From IMG/VR virus record IMGVR_UViG_2778261706_000026: a stretch of 4,529 nt of DNA, one strand, 5' to 3'. The DNA comes from a virus. Taxonomy: Duplodnaviria > Heunggongvirae > Uroviricota > Caudoviricetes. This document shows positions 1 through 4,529 of the stretch, piece by piece. Numbering within the stretch: the stretch's first letter is position 1; each line of letters begins with the position of its first letter. Under the pieces are notes generated by a model. That model was not told the origin of the DNA. It made no database searches and saw only the letters and a program-made list of their open reading frames with translations. Made by a program: the position numbers and the translations under genes.

Positions 1-1119
1 TCAAATAACCAACTTAACCCATTCCTGACCTCGAGTATCGTTATAGCGATCGGTGGTTGCCTGGACTTTATGTCCTAGTAATGTTTTTGTATCGATACCC
101 TGTGCACGGTACAGCCGTTCTGATAGAGAGCGTTGTTCATGAAATGTTGGCGGAGTTTTTCCTGCTGGTGGAATTACCCCAGCCAGATCCCGTGCTTTGG
201 CAAAGTAGTCGCTCAGGTTGTCTTTACTCATCGGCTTCGGTTGTTTCTGGTGCCGACTATGGATTAGATATGGACTTAATATTCTGTCTCGGCACCCATC
301 AATAACTTCTTTTAACGTTATCCCAATGGCATCACAGCGTAGTGTAAGCGGTAACGCCAGACGCATTCCGGTTTTTCCCTGGGTGATATGCAAGTGTTCG
401 TTCCACACATCTGAAAAACGCATGTGGCAAATGTCATCACGGCGCTGACCAGTAACAATCGCAAGAAGCATTGCGTTACGGATAAAGTGTTTTTCAGGCG
501 TTGCATTGTAAATTTTTTGCCAGTCTTCCATGGTGAGCCTGGCTCTGGTTACTTTAGGGATCGGTTTACGGGTAGCCTCCGGAGGATTCCATCCAGGAGG
601 AACTTCCCCTGCATGCTGTGCTTCTTTATAAATATCAACCCATAATCCACGATTTACTCTCGCTGTACTGACCATGTCTTTATCCAGCCACTCATCCAGT
701 ATTAATGCAAAGTCTCTTACTTCCAGTTCTTTCAATGGGTGGTTTCCCAGACGGGAAACCAGGTATGCAGCCATTCGAGTTTTTTCTTTGTGAGTTGTAG
801 CTGCAATATCTCCATTTTTCAGTCGCGTGTCCTGTATTTTCAGATATCGATCAACCCATGCCTTTAATCTGATACCCCGACGTTTTGTTGCTGACGGACT
901 TTCATCAATTTTGCGCATGAAATATTCAGCTTCTGCTGCAGCTATTCGCTGATTGGCTGTGGAAGCGATTTTTTCTGCCTTACCTTTGTCTGTTCCGAGT
1001 CCGTGAAATTTTCCAGTCACAGGATTTTTATACTGGTAGTAAACTCTGCCAGTTCTGCGATCAAACTTTTCGTAAAGACCGGCTACGTCAGTGCTGTTTT
1101 TTCGTGGCCTCGGTGACAT
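1..1119 (-). CDS. int: Tyrosine site-specific integrase, lambda Int family (prophage integrase)
   Basis: Complete 372-aa minus-strand ORF (ATG at 1119-1117, TGA stop at 3-1). Translation carries the lambda-Int-type catalytic box (AIVTGQRRDD, TFHEQRSLSERLY, LLGHK...TDRY) and aligns by eye with lambda Int along its length. AAGGAG sits 10 nt upstream of the ATG, inside the xis coding region. The 3' end at the window edge implies attL lies just left of the window. Confidence 0.95.
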   Translation of the reverse strand: MSPRPRKNSTDVAGLYEKFDRRTGRVYYQYKNPVTGKFHGLGTDKGKAEKIASTANQRIAAAEAEYFMRKIDESPSATKRRGIRLKAWVDRYLKIQDTRLKNGDIAATTHKEKTRMAAYLVSRLGNHPLKELEVRDFALILDEWLDKDMVSTARVNRGLWVDIYKEAQHAGEVPPGWNPPEATRKPIPKVTRARLTMEDWQKIYNATPEKHFIRNAMLLAIVTGQRRDDICHMRFSDVWNEHLHITQGKTGMRLALPLTLRCDAIGITLKEVIDGCRDRILSPYLIHSRHQKQPKPMSKDNLSDYFAKARDLAGVIPPAGKTPPTFHEQRSLSERLYRAQGIDTKTLLGHKVQATTDRYNDTRGQEWVKLVI

Positions 1120-1357
1120 GAGTTAAAATCTCCTTCAGTGCATCATCATCGCCAGTATGAATTTCCGGCGCAATTCCCGTTTCACCAGGCCCAACAAATA
1201 CTGCTCGGCGATCTATCAGCCAACGCCCACGAATTTTTTGTGGTCTTGGAACGATGTATCCTAGTTTTCCGTATTTCACCAGGGTAGTGTTTGTTATTGG
1301 GAGACTGAACCGTTTTGGTTTCCACTCGTCGAGCGTTATCAGGTACTGTTCGCTCAT
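1088..1357 (-). CDS. xis: Excisionase (lambda Xis-like)
   Basis: Minus-strand ORF immediately upstream of int, overlapping its start by 32 nt. N-terminus MSEQYLITLDEW resembles the lambda Xis YLTLQEW motif, and the later PRPQKIRGRWLIDRRAV resembles lambda PPPVKDGREYLFHESAV. ATG at 1357 is preceded by GGAG about 9 nt upstream; the ORF-track start at 1366 is a GTG three codons further up. Confidence 0.85.
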   Translation of the reverse strand: MSEQYLITLDEWKPKRFSLPITNTTLVKYGKLGYIVPRPQKIRGRWLIDRRAVFVGPGETGIAPEIHTGDDDALKEILTHVTEATKKQH

Positions 1358-1375
1358 GGCTATCACTCCGGAACG

Positions 1376-1407
1376 CGCCAGTTGCAGAATATCAACGACA
1401 ACTGGCG
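1376..1407. repeat. Perfect 9-bp inverted repeat (CGCCAGTTG / CAACTGGCG) with 14-nt loop, between exonuclease stop and xis start
   Basis: Read directly: CGCCAGTTG at 1376-1384 and its reverse complement CAACTGGCG at 1399-1407. No U-run follows on either strand, so it is not a canonical intrinsic terminator; it may be an RNA stem-loop or a protein-binding palindrome. Confidence 0.5.
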
Positions 1408-1418
1408 ACGGTTGAACA

Positions 1419-1856
1419 TTAAAAATCAGCCTGACTCGGGATCAGTTTTTGCCAGATAACTGAAACGTATTTTGCCTGGTAACGGGCGTCATCAAGTGCA
1501 TTATGGCGCTCACCTTCGAATGGAATAGCCGTTCTGGCATCGAAGTCTATGGCTTTCCCCAGCTCAACGATTGTGCGTACATCGCGATCGTTGTAGTAAC
1601 GCCACGGGCAGGGGATCCCCTGCCGTTCGTATGAACGGCGCAAAATCGTGTTGTCGAAGTTGGCTCCATTTCCCCAGACCTGAACAAAAAATTCACCGGA
1701 GTTTTCGTCGATAAATTCCCGCAATTGTAACAGTGCATCATCTAACGGGATTTCATCGGTCATAATGGCAGATTGCGCTTCGCGTGATTGCTTAAGCCAC
1801 CATTTAATGGTGTCCCTCGCCGTGTGCTTTCGTGTTGTGTGCCTGCTTTTTACCAC
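1419..1856 (-). CDS. DnaQ/DEDDh-like 3'-5' exonuclease, apparently N-terminally truncated (possible pseudogene)
   Basis: Translation contains an Exo II-like motif (FFVQVWGNGANFD) and an Exo III-like motif (HNALDDARYQAKY), but no N-terminal Exo I (DxE) motif. The first in-frame start is a GTG and the first 13 codons (MVKSRHTTRKHTA) look non-homologous. The frame is closed by TAA at 1902-1904 on the minus strand. The internal ATG at 1763 has no Shine-Dalgarno. Confidence 0.55.
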   Translation of the reverse strand: MVKSRHTTRKHTARDTIKWWLKQSREAQSAIMTDEIPLDDALLQLREFIDENSGEFFVQVWGNGANFDNTILRRSYERQGIPCPWRYYNDRDVRTIVELGKAIDFDARTAIPFEGERHNALDDARYQAKYVSVIWQKLIPSQADF

Positions 1857-1880
1857 GTCAGGCGAGGTGGTCCCCGTTAT

Positions 1881-1926
1881 TCCCCAACAACAAGGATCTT
1901 GTTAATCTGGATATCCCCAACAACAA
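1881..1926 (+). repeat. Perfect 13-bp direct repeat TCCCCAACAACAA (1881-1893 and 1914-1926)
   Basis: Read directly from sequence. The second copy lies inside the left inverted repeat of the cassette; the first lies 5 bp upstream of the flanking TTGTTAA direct repeat. Confidence 0.7.
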
Positions 1927-1929
1927 TAA
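1906..1929 (+). repeat. Left terminal inverted repeat of cassette (11 bp perfect, about 24 bp imperfect)
   Basis: TCTGGATATCC at 1906-1916 is the exact reverse complement of 2471-2481; contains the 8-bp palindrome GGATATCC. Confidence 0.6.
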
Positions 1930-1940
1930 GAGTATTGAAT

Positions 1941-2456
1941 GTGATCGCTGAATTAACGGCAGCAATGACGGCTATTCGTGAAACCGCCCAGATTGCAAAA
2001 CTAATGAACGAGGCAAAAACTCAAGCTGAAGTAAATGCGGCTATTGGTGAACTGAACTCAAAGCTTGCATCTATTCAGCGCGAATGCGTGTCTCTCGTTG
2101 AGCTGGTGGGCACTTATCAAGAAATAAATGCTTCTCTCAAAGCTAAAATTGCAGAATTTGAAAACTTTGAGGCTCAGACGGAAGGTTATATCCTTAGCCA
2201 ACTTGAGTCGGGAACTTTTGTGTACTCGAAGGAGGTAACCGTGAACGGCGGCAGCATAATCATGCATCTTTGTCCAAAATGTTTTGGACAAAAGATAGTA
2301 TCGATACTTCAGCCATTCCCGGTTAGAGAATATGAATTTTTTCATAAAAGCAGGTGCCTGTACTGTGAAAATCAGTTTCTTATGAATAAAAATCCGGATT
2401 ACGTATCACCTCCATCTATTGAAGAGTTGGCCAGAAAACTGAACGGCAATCTGTAG
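1941..2456 (+). CDS. Hypothetical protein: predicted N-terminal helical/coiled-coil region plus C-terminal four-cysteine zinc-ribbon-like motif (CPKC-x24-CLYC); cargo of the TIR-bounded cassette
   Basis: Long plus-strand ORF ending TAG at 2454-2456, opposite in orientation to all neighbouring prophage genes. Start is uncertain: GTG 1941 (AAGAG about 8 nt upstream), ATG 1965 or ATG 2004. The ORF-track N-terminal extension from 1788 is R/P-rich, overlaps the exonuclease remnant and the left repeat, and is rejected. The protein has only one Asp and no DDE or HUH motif, so it is unlikely to be a transposase. Confidence 0.6.
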   Translation: MIAELTAAMTAIRETAQIAKLMNEAKTQAEVNAAIGELNSKLASIQRECVSLVELVGTYQEINASLKAKIAEFENFEAQTEGYILSQLESGTFVYSKEVTVNGGSIIMHLCPKCFGQKIVSILQPFPVREYEFFHKSRCLYCENQFLMNKNPDYVSPPSIEELARKLNGNL

Positions 2457-2457
2457 A

Positions 2458-2481
2458 TTTTTACTGTTATGGATATCCAGA
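2458..2481 (-). repeat. Right terminal inverted repeat of cassette
   Basis: GGATATCCAGA at 2471-2481 is the reverse complement of 1906-1916; the imperfect inner extension begins 2 bp after the cargo ORF stop codon (2454-2456). Confidence 0.6.
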
Positions 2482-2570
2482 TTGTTAAAGAGCATGCCGG
2501 ATGCTTGCTTGTGTCCGGCGCGTGTGCACCACTCTCCCCCCGTGGAGGATTCCTTAATTACCAGATTTCA

Positions 2571-2723
2571 TTAGTCAGAGTTTCTTGCTAACCAGCGACG
2601 CGCGCCAGATTCGGTTTTAAACGTTTTGCTTTTGGTATACGTCATCGCGGTGAACGTGCCGTCCTGGTTGGGAAACACGCCGCACACCAGAGATTCGTTG
2701 TTGCCAAGATCAAGAGTATCCAT
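2571..2723 (-). CDS. Small Rac-prophage-type protein (YdaG-like, about 50 aa)
   Basis: Minus-strand ORF ending TAA at 2571-2573. Internal ATG at 2723 has a good SD (GAGG 5 nt upstream). The ORF-track start at 2801 adds 26 residues with weaker SD spacing. It sits immediately downstream of the racR-like gene, as ydaG does in Rac; my recollection of the YdaG sequence is weak. Confidence 0.55.
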   Translation of the reverse strand: MDTLDLGNNESLVCGVFPNQDGTFTAMTYTKSKTFKTESGARRWLARNSD

Positions 2724-2875
2724 GCTGACCTCATATCCCCTTAACGCCGGGGTAGCGGAACAAAAACCTGCTGCATAGTTAAAGTTGAACCCTGCCGTCA
2801 TGTTCTTACGCCTCGGGCTGGCTACTTAATCCCTGACCACTGCCGGGTAACTCTAGGTATTGCCCTGTATTGTGT

Positions 2876-2898
2876 GGGACGGGATGGGTTGGTATGGG
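2876..2898 (+). other. G-quadruplex-type motif GGGacGGGatGGGttggtatGGG on plus strand
   Basis: Four GGG tracts with loops of 2, 2 and 7 nt, read directly. It lies on the template strand just downstream of the predicted leftward promoter. Confidence 0.35.
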
Positions 2899-2901
2899 AA
2901 A

Positions 2902-2930
2902 ACTATAGGAAATGCCTAATTGCTTGTCAA
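2902..2930 (-). promoter_or_regulatory. Near-consensus sigma70 promoter, leftward (PL-like): -35 TTGACA, 17-nt spacer, -10 TATAGT
   Basis: Minus-strand reading TTGACAagcaattaggcatttccTATAGT (rc of 2902-2930). The spacer contains an ATTAGGC operator half-site (plus-strand GCCTAAT at 2914-2920). Oriented toward the ydaG-like gene. Confidence 0.55.
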
Positions 2931-2943
2931 TAGGCTACGCCTA
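2931..2943. promoter_or_regulatory. Operator-like palindrome TAGGC-tac-GCCTA immediately upstream of the PL-like -35
   Basis: Same TAGGC-N3-GCCTA architecture as the three palindromes between the racR-like and ydaS-like genes. A related CCTAaTAGG palindrome lies at 2959-2967. Confidence 0.5.
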
Positions 2944-3002
2944 ATGATTTGGGTGCGACCTAATAGGTGATGGTTTGTGGGAGAGGTAGTAGGAGTTAAC
3001 TA

Positions 3003-3024
3003 ACGGGAACTAGGAATTTCCCGT
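3003..3024 (-). terminator. Weak stem-loop (7-bp stem ACGGGAA/TTCCCGT, 8-nt loop) just downstream of the racR-like stop
   Basis: Inverted repeat read directly; there is no clear U-tract after it on the minus strand, so terminator function is doubtful. Confidence 0.2.
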
Positions 3025-3038
3025 CGGACCATATAAGT

Positions 3039-3515
3039 TTAAGTTCCTGTCTTGGTGATGTTCTGGCTTTTCCGTTTTGATTCTTGATTTTTCAGATAGT
3101 TAGCTACCTTCATTTCCATTGCGGCAATGTAGGCACGAACGTCATGATCAACCCAACTAGGCTCCGTAGCATTTCCAGATAAGAGGAAAGCCACAATTGC
3201 TCTTTTTTCATCAGAGGCGGCTTGATAAAGGCTGTTTATGTCTAAAAGTTCACTTTTTGTATCTGAAGTGGATGGGGTTGGTATGGGGTATTCGTTAAGC
3301 CCCCAATGCTCTGGACCAACCACATCAGAAAAGAAACGCCATAGTTCTGGAAGTTTGTCTTTACTTATCGAACCTTTCTTAATCCAGTCATGGATTGATG
3401 GTGGTTGGACTTTGAAATGACGTGCGATTTCCGCCTTTGATTTGACGGCTCCTGATGCAATTTTTTTGTTAATGGCCTGCTCTATCGCTCGGCCTAAGTC
3501 TTTACCACTAAGCAT
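3039..3515 (-). CDS. racR: HTH-type prophage repressor, RacR-like (158 aa)
   Basis: Complete minus-strand ORF with an N-terminal helix-turn-helix (KAEIARHFKVQPPSIHDWIKKGSI). Divergent from a Cro/YdaS-like gene across an operator-rich intergenic region. Length and context match RacR of the Rac prophage as I recall it. No obvious S24 peptidase/autocleavage domain. SD GGAGA about 9 nt upstream of ATG at 3515. Confidence 0.85.
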   Translation of the reverse strand: MLSGKDLGRAIEQAINKKIASGAVKSKAEIARHFKVQPPSIHDWIKKGSISKDKLPELWRFFSDVVGPEHWGLNEYPIPTPSTSDTKSELLDINSLYQAASDEKRAIVAFLLSGNATEPSWVDHDVRAYIAAMEMKVANYLKNQESKRKSQNITKTGT

Positions 3516-3544
3516 TGCTTAATAGTCTCCTATGCGCATCGCAT

Positions 3545-3557
3545 TAGGCAATGCCTA
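3545..3557. promoter_or_regulatory. Operator palindrome 1: TAGGC-aat-GCCTA
   Basis: Perfect 5-3-5 palindrome read directly; the closest of the three to the racR-like start. Confidence 0.55.
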
Positions 3558-3569
3558 CTCTCGAAGTGT

Positions 3570-3582
3570 TAGGCATAGCCTA
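3570..3582. promoter_or_regulatory. Operator palindrome 2: TAGGC-ata-GCCTA
   Basis: Perfect 5-3-5 palindrome; centre 25 bp from operator 1; abuts the -35 of the rightward promoter. Confidence 0.55.
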
Positions 3583-3612
3583 TTGACAATTGCATTAGGC
3601 TAAGCCTAATAT
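3583..3612 (+). promoter_or_regulatory. Near-consensus sigma70 promoter, rightward (PR-like): -35 TTGACA (3583-3588), 18-nt spacer, -10 TAATAT (3607-3612)
   Basis: Read directly. The predicted transcript start is about 20 nt upstream of the GGAG SD (3628-3631) and the ATG at 3640. The spacer shares the gcaATTAGGC element with the PL-like promoter. Confidence 0.6.
3596..3608. promoter_or_regulatory. Operator palindrome 3: TAGGC-taa-GCCTA (extends to the 17-bp palindrome ATTAGGCtaaGCCTAAT, 3594-3610)
   Basis: Perfect palindrome; centre 26 bp from operator 2; overlaps the spacer and -10 of the rightward promoter. Confidence 0.6.
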
Positions 3613-3639
3613 TATTGTGTGTTTTTTGGAGTTCATTCG

Positions 3640-3779
3640 ATGAAAAAAGATAACTATTCATTCAAACGAGCTTGTGCTGTTGTCGGTGGGCAATCAGCAA
3701 TGGCTAGGCTTTTAGGTGTATCTCCTCCAAGCGTAAATCAATGGATCAAAGGTGTACGTCAGTTGCCTGCTGAGAGATG
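3640..3779 (+). pseudogene. ydaS: Cro/YdaS-like HTH regulator, interrupted after codon 47 by an IS3-family insertion
   Basis: ATG at 3640 with GGAG 8 nt upstream. Translation MKKDNYSFKRACAVVGGQSAMARLLGVSPPSVNQWIKGVRQLPAERC matches my recollection of the N-terminal half of Rac YdaS. From 3780 the frame reads into the IS terminal repeat (EPPRVSWRVFYL) and stops at 3817-3819. Confidence 0.7.

Positions 3780-4529
<750 letters not shown>

Larger units (their letters stand above)
1899..2488. mobile_element. Candidate miniature TIR-bounded cassette with 7-bp flanking direct repeat (TTGTTAA), carrying a single ORF; element body 1906-2481 (576 bp)
   Basis: TTGTTAA at 1899-1905 and again at 2482-2488 (direct). 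Immediately inside, TCTGGATATCC at 1906-1916 and its exact reverse complement GGATATCCAGA at 2471-2481. Inward, the repeats continue imperfectly to about 24 bp (TCTGGATATCCCCAACAACAATAA versus rc TCTGGATATCCATAACAGTAAAAA, about 19/24 matches). No transposase-like ORF lies inside. Confidence 0.5.

Noticed and set aside
57-645. Four small ORFs (57-305 +, 218-448 +, 318-506 -, 424-645 +) inside the integrase gene
   Set aside because: They are fully embedded in, or antisense to, a confidently identified integrase CDS; their translations are low-complexity with no recognisable motifs; they are alternative-frame artefacts.
1547-1741. 64-aa minus-strand ORF inside the exonuclease remnant
   Set aside because: Alternative frame of the exonuclease coding region, with no start context and no motif.
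1788-1940. N-terminal 51-codon extension of the plus-strand ORF (MLKPPFNGVPRRVLSCC...)
   Set aside because: Starts at a TTG, overlaps the exonuclease remnant on the other strand and runs through the cassette's terminal repeat; the R/P-rich composition is typical of out-of-frame translation. The real start is most likely at 1941 or 1965.
2058-2345. 95-aa minus-strand ORF antisense to the cargo gene
   Set aside because: Lies entirely within the plus-strand ORF; the translation is AT-rich and low-complexity (K/F/L/Y-rich) with no motif or RBS.
1941-2456. Identity of the cargo protein as SieB, a Lar/RalR-type restriction-alleviation protein, or a DksA/TraR-type zinc finger
   Set aside because: SieB is a membrane protein and this ORF has no hydrophobic segments. 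Lar-type proteins are much smaller with a CPFCG-type ribbon. DksA/TraR fingers have CxxC-x17-CxxC spacing, whereas this is x24. None could be supported from sequence alone.
3238-3420. 60-aa plus-strand ORF antisense within the racR-like gene
   Set aside because: Embedded antisense in a well-supported repressor CDS, with no RBS and no motif.
3516-3582. A sigma70 promoter for the racR-like gene
   Set aside because: No hexamer pair with acceptable spacing was found on the minus strand (the best, TTGTCA-N17-CTTCGA, has an unusable -10). The gene may use a weak or activator-dependent promoter; none is called.

Overview
This window looks like the integration/early-left/immunity end of a lambdoid enterobacterial prophage, a mosaic of an e14/lambda-type int-xis pair and a Rac-type immunity region. 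Everything here is read by eye from the sequence; no database search was possible. Order: integrase (1-1119, -), overlapping excisionase (1088-1357, -), an apparently 5'-truncated DEDDh-type 3'-5' exonuclease remnant (1419-1856, -), then a compact 576-bp cassette (1906-2481) bounded by inverted repeats and a 7-bp direct repeat that carries one opposite-strand ORF of unknown function (about 1941-2456, +). After that come a small ydaG-like gene (2571-2723, -), a RacR-like HTH repressor (3039-3515, -), a divergent control region with three evenly spaced TAGGC-N3-GCCTA operator palindromes and a near-consensus rightward promoter, and a ydaS-like gene (from 3640, +) cut at codon 47 by an IS3-family element (3780 to window end, transposase on -). 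The most interesting object is the repeat-bounded single-ORF cassette; the second is the IS insertion in the ydaS-like gene. No tRNA, rRNA or CRISPR array was seen.
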